Part shown: positions 23,666-33,520 of the stretch, one piece after another | How positions within the stretch are numbered: the stretch's first letter is position 1 | Layout of the letters: each line of letters begins with the position of its first letter | Virus record (IMG/VR): IMGVR_UViG_3300033145_000192 | Location: 32,001 to 96,000 of that record | Strand: one strand, 5' to 3' | Length of the DNA stretch: 64,000 bases | From: a virus | Position numbers and translations under genes: made by a program | The notes under the pieces: model-generated | Told to the model about the DNA's origin: nothing | Database searches by the model: none | What the model saw: the letters and a program-made list of their open reading frames with translations, nothing else

Positions 23666-24199
23666 TTATATCTCCAGTATTCTCACGCACTTACAAGGTC
23701 GATGTTGAGTCAGTTCGACCTTCAGAGACATTGGCTCAGGGTGACACGTATTCCACACCTCCCCAAGTTTGTTACCCTCAAGCTCGACCGTGCTGCGGGC
23801 TCTCTTGGGCGTAGGGAGATTCTTCATCTTTCCCTTAACCTTGACCCGCCTACTGGCACGCTGCGAGTTCTTGAACTCCTTACTGGGCTCAACCTTCAGC
23901 TTCTTTGGCCTACATGGCGATGGCAAAAAGGTAACTACCCCTCTACCAAAGCAATTCTTGCAGTTCTTCCTGGCATAAAGCACATTGCGGGGCTTTTTGA
24001 TATCAACTGAATCGGGGTCAACACCCAGAGCTTCCGCTGCTTGTTTCAAACCATCTGCGGCCTCATCGGACGTAAAGATACCATCCCCATCAAGAGCCTC
24101 AACAAATGCGGCCTCCAGGGCTTCTATCTTCCTACGGTCCTCTTCCGTTAGTTCCTTCTTAGCCTTCTCAGGCTTCTCTACGTTCTTATTCATTTCCAT
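23666..24199 (-). CDS. Hypothetical protein with DnaJ-type CxxCxGxG motif
   Basis: CKNCFGRG; terminal CKC. Confidence 0.55.
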   Translation of the reverse strand: MEMNKNVEKPEKAKKELTEEDRRKIEALEAAFVEALDGDGIFTSDEAADGLKQAAEALGVDPDSVDIKKPRNVLYARKNCKNCFGRGVVTFLPSPCRPKKLKVEPSKEFKNSQRASRRVKVKGKMKNLPTPKRARSTVELEGNKLGEVWNTCHPEPMSLKVELTQHRPCKCVRILEI

Positions 24200-24458
24200 T
24201 CCTAAAACTCCCTTGTTTCAGTAGACGTTTTATTCTGTCTATCTGCTCCCTATACCCCATGATATCCTCAATGACCTCGTTATAGGCCACCTCGGCATCT
24301 TCAGCTATCCAAGAACCTTCGGTCTTCCATTCGTCCCCGCGCACGGTATTTCGATAAGCAAGAACTTCACGATACCATCTAACAGCAGCGCGGTAGTTCT
24401 TTTTCGTTTGCATCAAAGTTCCGAGCAACTTTTCTCTCGATGGCTTTGTGGACATCAA
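24186..24458 (-). CDS. Hypothetical coiled-coil protein
   Basis: 90 aa, in operon. Confidence 0.5.
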   Translation of the reverse strand: MMSTKPSREKLLGTLMQTKKNYRAAVRWYREVLAYRNTVRGDEWKTEGSWIAEDAEVAYNEVIEDIMGYREQIDRIKRLLKQGSFRNGNE

Positions 24459-24465
24459 TCCTCAC

Positions 24466-25059
24466 TTATTTGGCCACCTTTTTTGAATTTAGTTTCTTCA
24501 TAAGGGTGCGACCTTCTGCCTGGGTTAGTTCTGACAAGTCCGCAACCGCCCTCTTAACGAGCTTTAGCACCTGTCCAGCATCGACGTTCTTACGCTTTGC
24601 TACAACTCTAATACCCTGAATGGTCTCATCCTTGATAGGGTCGTTGTCAGTGTCTCCACCCGCAACTGGAGCACTACCAACCTCTTCCGCACTCACACGA
24701 CTGATATTGAAGGCACGACGAAGTGCGCGAGCTTCAGCTTTCGCTTCAGCAACAGCTACTAGGTGTAGTGAATATGGCTTGTCATGTGCGGCGGGCGTTG
24801 CGTCTGCGCTACCAGAAAACCTTGTCCCGTCATGGAACTCATACTGAATTGTGACGGATGCGATGGGATTGTCGCGTGCTGGAGTGTGCCTGATGTCCGA
24901 ATGCACAGCCCTAACGCCACCACGGTTATTGTGAGCCAAACGCTGTAGGCCCCTCAACAAAACGCATGGAGTTCCACCCTTCTCGAATGTTTCACTTGGC
25001 TTCAGGTCATCGGTGTAATCGTGGCCTGGGTTGAATGGGTTCAATAGTTCATCCATCAT
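24466..25059 (-). CDS. Putative single-strand annealing protein (Rad52/Sak-like)
   Basis: LRGLQRLA, ASVTIQYEF, FSGSADA, AEAKAEARALRRAFNI..VSAEEV. Confidence 0.6.
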   Translation of the reverse strand: MMDELLNPFNPGHDYTDDLKPSETFEKGGTPCVLLRGLQRLAHNNRGGVRAVHSDIRHTPARDNPIASVTIQYEFHDGTRFSGSADATPAAHDKPYSLHLVAVAEAKAEARALRRAFNISRVSAEEVGSAPVAGGDTDNDPIKDETIQGIRVVAKRKNVDAGQVLKLVKRAVADLSELTQAEGRTLMKKLNSKKVAK

Positions 25060-25065
25060 ATTCTC

Positions 25066-25752
25066 CTAATAGTTAATTCCATCGTAAATTGTTGAAGGCA
25101 CCGAGCCACTGTCGAACTTCTCTACATAGGCGTCCATCATCTCAAGAGAGTGAATGATGTATGCCTCAACAAACTGTGGCAAAACTGGGCTACTCCACGC
25201 CTTTCGTCCATGATGACTAAGGATGATGTGAAGCAACTTGTCAATTTTCTTCTGGGTAAGCCTATGGTCTGGCTTTTCTCTTGTTGTATTGAAGGTATCT
25301 GCGAGTCTCTGAATGTCTAGTATACCAAATGGTATATGGTGATACAGTGACGCTCTTGGCGAATGGTGATACTCGCTTTTTGGGTCACAGTAACAGACTC
25401 CATGAGCCTCTGTGCTTTTTCCATTTGGACAGGTCTTGGTGTAGCAGTGAATCTTTCCTATATCATGGATTAGGGCTCCAGCTACTACCAACTCCTCATT
25501 CACACGCACTCCAAGCATATTGTAGTGTCTGGCGGTCTGTATACCCAGCTTTGCTACACTAATTGAGTGAAATGCCAAGCCACCCTCATAGGCGTGATGT
25601 ATTTTGCGAGACGACGGAGATGCGAGAAATTCATTCAGAAGCCCTTGGCGTCTGCTAAAAACAAACCGCATGAATTGTCTCATCGGGTTGTCGCGCATCG
25701 CGTCAAAGAGCTTGGTCAAGTCCTGCATCGGGTCAAAATCGGGTGCGTTCAT
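25066..25752 (-). CDS. HD-domain hydrolase, YhaM-like 3'-5' exoribonuclease
   Basis: HHAYEGGLAFHS, ALIHDIGK, HIILSHHG. Confidence 0.8.
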   Translation of the reverse strand: MNAPDFDPMQDLTKLFDAMRDNPMRQFMRFVFSRRQGLLNEFLASPSSRKIHHAYEGGLAFHSISVAKLGIQTARHYNMLGVRVNEELVVAGALIHDIGKIHCYTKTCPNGKSTEAHGVCYCDPKSEYHHSPRASLYHHIPFGILDIQRLADTFNTTREKPDHRLTQKKIDKLLHIILSHHGRKAWSSPVLPQFVEAYIIHSLEMMDAYVEKFDSGSVPSTIYDGINY

Positions 25753-25788
25753 GCTAATCCTCCACGGTTTGACTATAGTGCGAAGGCG

Positions 25789-25995
25789 CTACTCGTCAAG
25801 GCGCGTGCTTTCTTTGAGGGCCTCCTCTACGAGCACCCCCAAATCATGTATAAACTCGTGGAATCTATCCCCTGGAATGACTATATCGTCTCCATCAGAG
25901 ACCTCAAGTATACCGGTATGGCGATACAACTTTTCATAAAGTGAAGCAAGCAGGGCTTTTTTGCTTACTCTGATGTTGTGTTTGCTATTCGGCAT
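25789..25995 (-). CDS. Small hypothetical protein
   Basis: 68 aa, in operon. Confidence 0.4.
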   Translation of the reverse strand: MPNSKHNIRVSKKALLASLYEKLYRHTGILEVSDGDDIVIPGDRFHEFIHDLGVLVEEALKESTRLDE

Positions 25996-26755
25996 CTAAG
26001 TGATGAACCACCCCTCGTTTACCTGTTTTGATGACCTCGATAATTTGGTTCACAGCCCTACGGCAAAAGGCAAGCGAGTGTGCCGTAGAATGGTCGCGAC
26101 ATCTAATTACTGTCCAGCCAAATCTAGCGAGTGCGTCCTCTTTGCGCTTGTCCTTAGCCATTACTCGTCTCAAGTTTTCTTCTCCATAAATGGGCTCAAA
26201 GTGCGCTGCTCCATCCCACTCAACAGCAACCGATTCGCTAGGAATGGCGATGTCGATTTCCCATTGGTTTCTGGGGCTAAAGTCCGTTGAACGCTGGACG
26301 GTCTTGTATCCTGCTTCAACTAGCAGTTGAGAAACCATGTTCTCATTCTTACTGCCCATTCCACTGTTTTCTCTATTCGCCCTGTGCATCTTGTTGATGT
26401 TCTTTTTCTTTTCTTCTTCGCTCAAGGCTTCCCATTTCTTGATGGCTCGGTCGGCCTGGGCTTGCTTCTTCGCTGCAAGTTGCTCTGGCGTAAGGGCATC
26501 GAGGTGGTCCTGTATTCCTTCAGAAATCCTACGACGCTCTGCTTCGCTGCGCTCCTTACCAGTCATAGGGTGGCCGTGGCGCTCTAGGAAGTTTTTCTGA
26601 GCGGCGCTTTTGCTACGTAGCGGTATTTTGTGCTTGATTAGAGCGCGTCTAACTGTATTTGGATACGTTCCGTGCTCCACACCAATACTACGTGTGCTGC
26701 GGCCTTTGTCCGTATACTCTTCGTCTAGATATTCGTATGTATTCCACTCGCTCAT
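25985..26755 (-). CDS. DUF559/Vsr-like endonuclease with basic N-terminal DNA-binding region
   Basis: WEIDIAIP..VAVEWDGAAHF..KDKRKE..GWTVIR; N-terminal NUMOD-like HPMTGKERSE. Confidence 0.75.
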   Translation of the reverse strand: MSEWNTYEYLDEEYTDKGRSTRSIGVEHGTYPNTVRRALIKHKIPLRSKSAAQKNFLERHGHPMTGKERSEAERRRISEGIQDHLDALTPEQLAAKKQAQADRAIKKWEALSEEEKKKNINKMHRANRENSGMGSKNENMVSQLLVEAGYKTVQRSTDFSPRNQWEIDIAIPSESVAVEWDGAAHFEPIYGEENLRRVMAKDKRKEDALARFGWTVIRCRDHSTAHSLAFCRRAVNQIIEVIKTGKRGVVHHLDAE

Positions 26756-27057
26756 TTGCCAAGCCTATTCATATGCGGAGCAATGCGTTTTGCCTCATCA
26801 ACAATCTCATCTTCTGTTACTCCATACTTGTCACAGCAGAATTTGAGACCGAAGCGAAGGTCTTTCATGAACATGCTCCTCTGCTCGTCCTTAATTCCAA
26901 ACACTTCCGGAGCTACTTCCGGAACTTCCGGACTCTTTCCGGTGGCTTCCACTAGATATTCTTGAATCTCTAGTTCAGAAAACTTGTTCGCTCTACGCCT
27001 GGTAACAAAGACAAACTTGACGCCATCAATCGTGCGCTCTTGTGTATTAAACTTCAT
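26752..27057 (-). CDS. Hypothetical protein
   Basis: 101 aa; ggagg RBS. Confidence 0.5.
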   Translation of the reverse strand: MKFNTQERTIDGVKFVFVTRRRANKFSELEIQEYLVEATGKSPEVPEVAPEVFGIKDEQRSMFMKDLRFGLKFCCDKYGVTEDEIVDEAKRIAPHMNRLGK

Positions 27058-27376
27058 TGATATCAGAACTCCTCCACATTATCTTACGCAAGCGTTTGAT
27101 TTCCGCCTTGTTGTCTTCTGTCAACTCTGCTCCATCTTTTGCAGCAGCGACAATAAGGCCAATCTTGTTAGCAGCCCGCGATACAACGCGATACAACTGA
27201 ATTTTTTTACGATGCCGGTCTATATCCTCTACGTCAAATCCAAACGCACGCTTATAGTCTGCAACTGTAGCATTCTGCTCTACCATGCTGAGAAAGGCTT
27301 GGACGGCTGTAACCGATTTTAGAGCACGTTGAAAGTGTGGATTAGTTCCACAACATCCCCTTGGCTTAAACGGCAT
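27047..27376 (-). CDS. Hypothetical protein
   Basis: 109 aa. Confidence 0.5.
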   Translation of the reverse strand: MPFKPRGCCGTNPHFQRALKSVTAVQAFLSMVEQNATVADYKRAFGFDVEDIDRHRKKIQLYRVVSRAANKIGLIVAAAKDGAELTEDNKAEIKRLRKIMWRSSDINEV

Positions 27377-28349
27377 TTGATACCCTCTTTAGGTCAGCCT
27401 CCACCATCTCCTTAATCATGGCTTCAAAGGTATACTTAGAACTCCATTCTAACACATTCTTAGCCTTAGTGGGGTCACCAAGGAGAATGTCAACCTCTGC
27501 TGGTCTGTAGAACTGGGGGTCAACATATACATGTTGCCATGGGTCTAGGTCTAGCTCACCAAATGCAATCTCAAGCAATTCTCTGATACTAAAAGCCTTG
27601 CCAGTGGATACGACAAAGTCGTCTGGCGTGTCTTGTTGTAGCATCAGCCACGCTGCCGTCATGTAGTCATAAGCGTGGCCCCAGTCTCTCTTCGCATCAA
27701 GGTTACCAAGGCCCAGTTTATCCTGAAGCCCCAGCTTGATTCGCGCCGCACCATCAGTAATCTTGCGCGTTACAAACTCAATCCCTCTGCGTGGAGACTC
27801 ATGGTTGAACAATATCCCATTGCACGTAAACATATCGTGTGATTCACGATAGTTGCGTGTCATCCAATAGCCGTATACCTTAGCTACTCCGTATGGACTT
27901 CTAGGATGAAATGGGGTCGTTTCCTTCTGCGGCATTTCCTTGACTAGTCCGAACATTTCCGAACTGCTCGCCTGATAATAGCGCGTGTCTGGCTTGACAT
28001 TTCTGAGAGCCTCCAGACAATTCGTCACGCCGATGGCGGTCACCATGCCAGTGTGGACGGGTTCGCGCCAAGACAAAGCCACGAAGGATTGTGCGGCAAG
28101 GTTGTAGAACTCGTCAGGCTCGTGGGCCTCGACCAGTCTGTGCAGGCTGCCTGAATCTGTTACGTCGGCAAACTCAAGCTCAAAGTCTGGATTCTCAAGT
28201 AAATGCTTGATTCTCCAGTCACCTCCACCCGAGCGCCTTCGCGACATTCCAACAACCTTGTAACCCTTCTCTAGAAGGATATCTGCCAAATAACTGCCAT
28301 CCTGACCAGTTATTCCTGTGATGATTGCGACTTTTCTAGCCATCCCCAC
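27366..28349 (-). CDS. gmd: GDP-mannose 4,6-dehydratase
   Basis: ITGITGQDGSYLA, YNLAAQSFV, YQASSSEMFG, PRSPYGVAK, NHESPRRG, RDWGHA. Confidence 0.97.
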   Translation of the reverse strand: MGMARKVAIITGITGQDGSYLADILLEKGYKVVGMSRRRSGGGDWRIKHLLENPDFELEFADVTDSGSLHRLVEAHEPDEFYNLAAQSFVALSWREPVHTGMVTAIGVTNCLEALRNVKPDTRYYQASSSEMFGLVKEMPQKETTPFHPRSPYGVAKVYGYWMTRNYRESHDMFTCNGILFNHESPRRGIEFVTRKITDGAARIKLGLQDKLGLGNLDAKRDWGHAYDYMTAAWLMLQQDTPDDFVVSTGKAFSIRELLEIAFGELDLDPWQHVYVDPQFYRPAEVDILLGDPTKAKNVLEWSSKYTFEAMIKEMVEADLKRVSNAV

Positions 28350-28427
28350 TCCTCATACTGCTTATTTCTAACAACCTCTGCATGCCTCATGAATCTCTTC
28401 CTGGCATCTCCAGTATATCCGTAATAG

Positions 28428-28841
28428 TCAGCTATCTTCTTTAGGTCTACGGTCGTGTTCTTCACACACTTCAATGCTCTCATGGCAGTTTCTTTCGGGC
28501 TCACATTCCTTCCGGCCATAGTCGTCCTCCATTCTCACAACATCTTCAAGTTCAGTAGAGCTGATTTCTACAATTAGCGCATCCGAAGTTGGCGGCGCTT
28601 CTAGTCTATGGACCATCAATGGGGCAATAAGGTATGGAACAAGTTCCTTCATCTTATACTTTACGCTTTCACGAAGCAGAATAGCACATCCGGAGACCAA
28701 GAACATTGTCTCAGTCTTCTTTTCGTGGTATTGCTTTGACAGCCTGCACCCAGATTTTACGTATATCTCTTTTACGACATACCTATCGGTCTTACTAATG
28801 ATTCGTTCATAGCCCCATGGCTTATGAATCACATTCTCCAT
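28428..28841 (-). CDS. Cupin, mannose-6-phosphate isomerase type II C-terminal-like
   Basis: KPWGYE, RLSKQYHEKKTET, VHRL, DVVRMEDDYGR. Confidence 0.85.
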   Translation of the reverse strand: MENVIHKPWGYERIISKTDRYVVKEIYVKSGCRLSKQYHEKKTETMFLVSGCAILLRESVKYKMKELVPYLIAPLMVHRLEAPPTSDALIVEISSTELEDVVRMEDDYGRKECEPERNCHESIEVCEEHDRRPKEDS

Positions 28842-29133
28842 TTTCGGTGCTTCCATCTGCTGCCTTGGCATCTTCGGAATCCCGCTCGGCCTTCTCCACA
28901 ATGGCCAACCTTTTGATTTCTTCATCGCGCCTCCTGCGACGTGCGGCTTCTAGCCGTCTTTTTTGGGCCTTTTCTACAATGTATATCGTCTTTAGCTCGT
29001 CACGATATGCTTCAATTTTCACCAGATGCTTTTTCAGTGTTGGGACGCGAATACCAATCCTTGCGAATTCATTCGCTGGCCTGTTTCTGTCACATAGCCA
29101 CAAGAATCTCTCCAGCCAATCTGTTCTGGTCAT
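28822..29133 (-). CDS. Hypothetical protein
   Basis: 103 aa; ggagg RBS. Confidence 0.45.
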   Translation of the reverse strand: MTRTDWLERFLWLCDRNRPANEFARIGIRVPTLKKHLVKIEAYRDELKTIYIVEKAQKRRLEAARRRRRDEEIKRLAIVEKAERDSEDAKAADGSTENGECDS

Positions 29134-29142
29134 AACGACCTC

Positions 29143-29808
29143 CTATATCTGTATTTTAAGACCTTCAAGCCTAATCGTCAGGTTCTTGACAGAGAGGTCT
29201 TCAAATCGCTTCAAATGCCAGGTCCTACACCCTGCCTCTACGGCAGAAATAATACCCTTAGTCATCGAGTCATCTATGGCTAGACACTGCTTAGAGCGCA
29301 GTTTCAGTTCAAGATATGCCTTAATGAAAGGCCATGGGTGTGGCTTTATCCTATCGTGCTTCACATCCGAATTCGTAACCAATACATCGAACTCATCTGA
29401 CAAACCAACCATATTAAGCATCATAGTTGCTGTTGGATAGCTACAGTTCGTAACAATGCCAATCTTCATGCCAATACTCTTGGCATATACTAATACATCA
29501 GTAACGCGCTTCGTAGGCTTACACTTTTCACGAATCAGTTCAACTGTCTTTGTCTGCTTGAATGTGTGGAGTTTGTCTAAAACCCCTTGGTCATCAGGCA
29601 ATCTCTCTAGCTTAACTAGCATAGCTAACTTCTTACGAGAACTCAAGCCGTTAAAGTCTATGTCGTGTTCTTTGTCGGTTAAGGGCTCATAGCCATGCTC
29701 AGTAAGCATCAAGTTGAATGCTTCCTTGTGCCAATCGGCAGCATCGACCAGAACACCGTCCAAATCAAAAAGAATTGCACGGATTCCATGGTCTAGTTTA
29801 TCTTCCAT
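29143..29808 (-). CDS. HAD-family phosphatase
   Basis: LFDLDGVLVD, IVTN, KPHP, AIDDS. Confidence 0.9.
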   Translation of the reverse strand: MEDKLDHGIRAILFDLDGVLVDAADWHKEAFNLMLTEHGYEPLTDKEHDIDFNGLSSRKKLAMLVKLERLPDDQGVLDKLHTFKQTKTVELIREKCKPTKRVTDVLVYAKSIGMKIGIVTNCSYPTATMMLNMVGLSDEFDVLVTNSDVKHDRIKPHPWPFIKAYLELKLRSKQCLAIDDSMTKGIISAVEAGCRTWHLKRFEDLSVKNLTIRLEGLKIQI

Positions 29809-30052
29809 ACTGCTTTACCTCATCTATCACGTCAACCTCCCCTGCGATTATAGCGTGACTTATCGCTCGGTCAATGGCAGTTTTTAATTGTGCCCGCTGT
29901 TTGCAAAGCTCTACATCTCTGCTGGCATTTTCAACAATTTCGCTCTTTGTGAAATCTCCTGGTGCTTTGACAATCTCAGCCTTCTTGTCACATACGTTAA
30001 ACAGCTTGATATTAGCGATGCACAGTTCCTCTATGAGTTGGCCAATCTTCAT
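29798..30052 (-). CDS. Small hypothetical protein
   Basis: MKIGQLIEELCIANIKLF. Confidence 0.55.
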   Translation of the reverse strand: MKIGQLIEELCIANIKLFNVCDKKAEIVKAPGDFTKSEIVENASRDVELCKQRAQLKTAIDRAISHAIIAGEVDVIDEVKQYGR

Positions 30053-30203
30053 TTGAACTCCAATTTACAAATACGACACCAATTTGGTCTCTCGATGGGG
30101 TAGTTTTCCCATTTCATGTATAAATGACCACATAACGGACATTGGTTATGGGGCCCTGGCGCTGAATGCCAGACAGCCCCACACTTCATGCACTTGTTAT
30201 GGG

Positions 30204-31115
30204 CTACGTATATTTCACGTTGTCCCACGTTGCTAGGTCCAATCCATATCTTTGCAGAACTACCCTATTGCGCTCCTCACACTGAGCCCTCGTGAACTTC
30301 AGTGTGTTTCCGAAGTGCGTAAATCCGCCCCAATGCTGGTGTAGGCCCCACTGTTGCCTACGACTCTTGACGACATGGACACACTCATCAAATGCGCGGC
30401 CATATGGTCCCATCTTGTCTTTGTAAACATCGACCTGTGGGATTAGGGCTTCCCCACTTCCCTCTTCGTGCGTTGCCCTATGAATGTTGCCGATAAGCGC
30501 CCACTCAGTCGCTTTGACTTCTAGGTCACCTATGACGGGCATATCATACATGTAGCCGGTGTGCTTGCAGAAGTGGTGGTCTACGGCAAATAGCTGCGGC
30601 ATAAGCTCATGGCCAAACCACTTGAGGTGATAGTCCTTGCCAAGCCCGCAGGGATTTTCAATGTGCCACGGGCCTCCCGCGCCGAGTTGGTCTGCCGCTA
30701 CTGGCTTGCCGGTTTTCTTCCAGCGCCTAAGCTCGTCAAACAGGCCATCCTCTCCTAGTAGCAAAATGTCTCCGTGCATGTGGAAGATGCTGTCAATTAG
30801 CCCATGCTCTCGTTCCATATCCTTCATCTCAAGCATACCGTGCTCAATCTGTTTCATGATAGAAATGGAGACAAGCACCTTGAAATAAGGTCCAACGATA
30901 TCATCAAGATGCACGACGCGGGTATAAGGGTCGTTATTGTAAGTAATACTACGGTCAGTATCCCCGCTAATAACGAGAACAATAGGAGCGGTGGCAGTAT
31001 TCTTCCACTTAGTCCGTAGCATATCAATTGTAAACTGAACCTCGCGCAATTGGTCAAATGCCGTGATAAGAAACCCAACCTCATTTTTTACCATTCCCAG
31101 CCTTCCTTCTTGCAC
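30204..31115 (-). CDS. Glycosyltransferase-like protein (GT-A, divergent)
   Basis: FLITAFDQ, FHMHGDILL DXD-like region; context in the glycan cluster. Confidence 0.45.
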   Translation of the reverse strand: MQEGRLGMVKNEVGFLITAFDQLREVQFTIDMLRTKWKNTATAPIVLVISGDTDRSITYNNDPYTRVVHLDDIVGPYFKVLVSISIMKQIEHGMLEMKDMEREHGLIDSIFHMHGDILLLGEDGLFDELRRWKKTGKPVAADQLGAGGPWHIENPCGLGKDYHLKWFGHELMPQLFAVDHHFCKHTGYMYDMPVIGDLEVKATEWALIGNIHRATHEEGSGEALIPQVDVYKDKMGPYGRAFDECVHVVKSRRQQWGLHQHWGGFTHFGNTLKFTRAQCEERNRVVLQRYGLDLATWDNVKYT

Positions 31116-31882
31116 TTCTTTACGAAGGCATCCAAATCCTCCGGTGTCCCCAATCCATGCATTACGTGAATAGGGTAAACACCAATTCGCTTCTGTAGTT
31201 CAATCATTTCGTTGAACACAGGACAAACGTAGAACTCATCGTTGACGCGGATATTCTTGCCCATCATGCGGTGCGCGGCCTCAACAAAGTCCTTTCCGTG
31301 CCTATACCAATAGATGCCAACGGTTGCACGATTGCTGATGACCTTCTTTTCTGCGACCGCAGTCACATATCCACTGCATGAGTCTACCTTTGCGTAGCTC
31401 CACTTTGGATGTGTAGCGTGGAAGGTGGCCATCGTTGCGTCCAATCCGCGAATTGCGGCATCGTTAATCATGTCCTGTATGTTGTCGCTCTCCTGCCACC
31501 TCACACCGATGTTTTCGAAGTTTCGCAACCAGACAACCTTCGACATGTCATTCCACACAGTCATTTGGTCACTGTTGGCAATGATAAGCGGCTCGTCTGT
31601 GTTGATTCTATCCTCTGCCAACAGAACGGTGCAAGCTGCCCCTTCAGTGATTTCATCTACGTAAATCACATTGGTCGCAAAGCTCATGTGTTGTTTTATG
31701 TAGCTTTCATGCTCTCGTCTGGCCAAGAAAATGAAGCGATATGGCTCATAGGGCGAGAGATTCTCTGTTACGTGCTCAATCATACTGCGGCCACACACGT
31801 CGATAAATGGCTTGGGCACCAGATATCCGGCGTCCGCAAAGCGACTGCCTCTGCCAGCCATAGGTATTACGATATTAAGCAC
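31088..31882 (-). CDS. Sugar nucleotidyltransferase (NTP_transferase family)
   Basis: IVIPMAGRGSRF..GY..PKPFI, TEGAACTV, IANSDQ, NDEFYV, GLGTPEDL. Confidence 0.9.
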   Translation of the reverse strand: MLNIVIPMAGRGSRFADAGYLVPKPFIDVCGRSMIEHVTENLSPYEPYRFIFLARREHESYIKQHMSFATNVIYVDEITEGAACTVLLAEDRINTDEPLIIANSDQMTVWNDMSKVVWLRNFENIGVRWQESDNIQDMINDAAIRGLDATMATFHATHPKWSYAKVDSCSGYVTAVAEKKVISNRATVGIYWYRHGKDFVEAAHRMMGKNIRVNDEFYVCPVFNEMIELQKRIGVYPIHVMHGLGTPEDLDAFVKKCKKEGWEW

Positions 31883-32864
31883 AGCACACCTCCATTAGAT
31901 ATTTCGTTATCTGATATGGGTCCGCATTTGCTCCTGGGCGACGGTCTTCGATGTATCCACCGTCACTTTGCTCCACATGCACAGGAATCCTAACAGATGC
32001 AGACCTGTCCCCAATTCCCCACTTGTATTTGTCCCAACTGCAAGTTTCATTGTCTCCAGTGAGCCTGCGCTTATAGTCGTGTCCATACACGTCGGGAAAT
32101 CCATTCTTCATAAAATCAACCGCTAACACCTCTGCTGCGTCTCTACATGCGGCAAATCTATTCCTCATTTCAACAGTGGAGAAATTCGTATGTGCTCCAG
32201 CGCCATTCCAGTTTCCACCAACGGGCTTGGAGTCTAGCTTAATCGTTACGCCATGATTCTCGGCAATACGATAAAGAAGATAACGAGCCAGCCACAGATG
32301 GTCAGATACTATCAGTGGGCTCTCTGGTCCAATCTGGAACTCCCACTGTCCTGGCATTACCTCGGCATTAACGCCAGCTATCATAAGGCTGGCCTTAACG
32401 CACGCCGCTAGATGTTCTTCTACAATCTTGCGTCCAAATGCTTCATCTGCCCCAACTCCACAATAGAATGGACCCTGTTGAGCGGGATATCCGCCTTCTG
32501 GCCAACCCAATGGAGTGCGGCCACAAAACATAGTATACTCTTGCTCTATGCCAAACAGTGGTTCAAGTCTACTAAAGGAATGATATGTTTTCACCATGCT
32601 ATGTCTATAGTTGGTGGCAGACGGAGTCCCAAAATAGTTACATACCTCGCATAGCGCCAATAAGTGTGGCCGACCGCGTAACGGGTCACCAATCACATAG
32701 ACTGGTTTTAGAATACAGTCTGATATTGTGCCTTCGGCTTGACCGGTGCTAGAGCCATCGAACGTCCACTCTGGAACATCGTCACTGGTAATAACTCTGG
32801 TCTTTGCTCTTAGCTTTGGAACTGGTTTAGTCCCATCAATCCAGATATATTCGACAAATTTCAT
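31875..32864 (-). CDS. glnII: Glutamine synthetase type II
   Basis: EYIWIDG, WTFDGSSTGQA, GPFYCGVG, NAEVMPGQWEFQIGP, NGAGAHTNFST, RLTG, EDRRPGANADPY. Confidence 0.92.
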   Translation of the reverse strand: MKFVEYIWIDGTKPVPKLRAKTRVITSDDVPEWTFDGSSTGQAEGTISDCILKPVYVIGDPLRGRPHLLALCEVCNYFGTPSATNYRHSMVKTYHSFSRLEPLFGIEQEYTMFCGRTPLGWPEGGYPAQQGPFYCGVGADEAFGRKIVEEHLAACVKASLMIAGVNAEVMPGQWEFQIGPESPLIVSDHLWLARYLLYRIAENHGVTIKLDSKPVGGNWNGAGAHTNFSTVEMRNRFAACRDAAEVLAVDFMKNGFPDVYGHDYKRRLTGDNETCSWDKYKWGIGDRSASVRIPVHVEQSDGGYIEDRRPGANADPYQITKYLMEVCCA

Positions 32865-33520
32865 ATGATTGCCTTATCTGGAACCTTTCTTTTTTGCTTA
32901 GAGGCAACTATAGGCTTGTCGAAAAAGTCCTTTGCGGCCTGCGGGGTCTTTGTAACGATAGCAAAGATTCTATCATCACCCTTCTTCTGAATCCGGTCCC
33001 TGGCCCAGCCCCAGCAATCCTCAATCATAGCGCCCCTTCTGCCGTGTAGCTCTGGACTACAAAGAATGACCTTGCCATCCTTCGGCACCTGATTTAGCAA
33101 CCCGCCGTATGCTGATGGATTCCAACTGCGCAATGGGTCTAGCCAAAACTTCTTACTTCTAGCTCCACCATGACCTCTTACGGATTCATATTCACTTAAT
33201 CTGTCCCAGACGGGCAGCTTCGCTTGGTGGGCATAGTATGCGGATGGATGTGGCACGTCGAACAGGCCAATGAGCTTCGTCCCAAATGCCTTGACAATCT
33301 TCTTAAGCCACTCAACGTCTAGGTTTTGCTTGATATCGACAAAGAACCTTTCGTAGCCAGAATGGTCGAAAATCATGCCTAGTTCGCCTGGCCTTGATTC
33401 GTTTGGCTCGTGAAACGCCCTAATCTTGCCATCGTGACTAATCTGAACATCTATTTCAGCCCCGTATACGCCAATGTTAACGGGCTTCCACTTGTTGACT
33501 CTATGAGCAATTATCTTCAT
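32861..33520 (-). CDS. PLC-like / glycerophosphodiester phosphodiesterase-fold protein
   Basis: IIAHRVN, AEIDV, FVDIK, SPELHGR. Confidence 0.65.
   Translation of the reverse strand: MKIIAHRVNKWKPVNIGVYGAEIDVQISHDGKIRAFHEPNESRPGELGMIFDHSGYERFFVDIKQNLDVEWLKKIVKAFGTKLIGLFDVPHPSAYYAHQAKLPVWDRLSEYESVRGHGGARSKKFWLDPLRSWNPSAYGGLLNQVPKDGKVILCSPELHGRRGAMIEDCWGWARDRIQKKGDDRIFAIVTKTPQAAKDFFDKPIVASKQKRKVPDKAII

Noticed and set aside
18064-26755. HNH and DUF559 nucleases as intron-encoded homing endonucleases
   Set aside because: Both are free-standing, and no flanking gene appears interrupted
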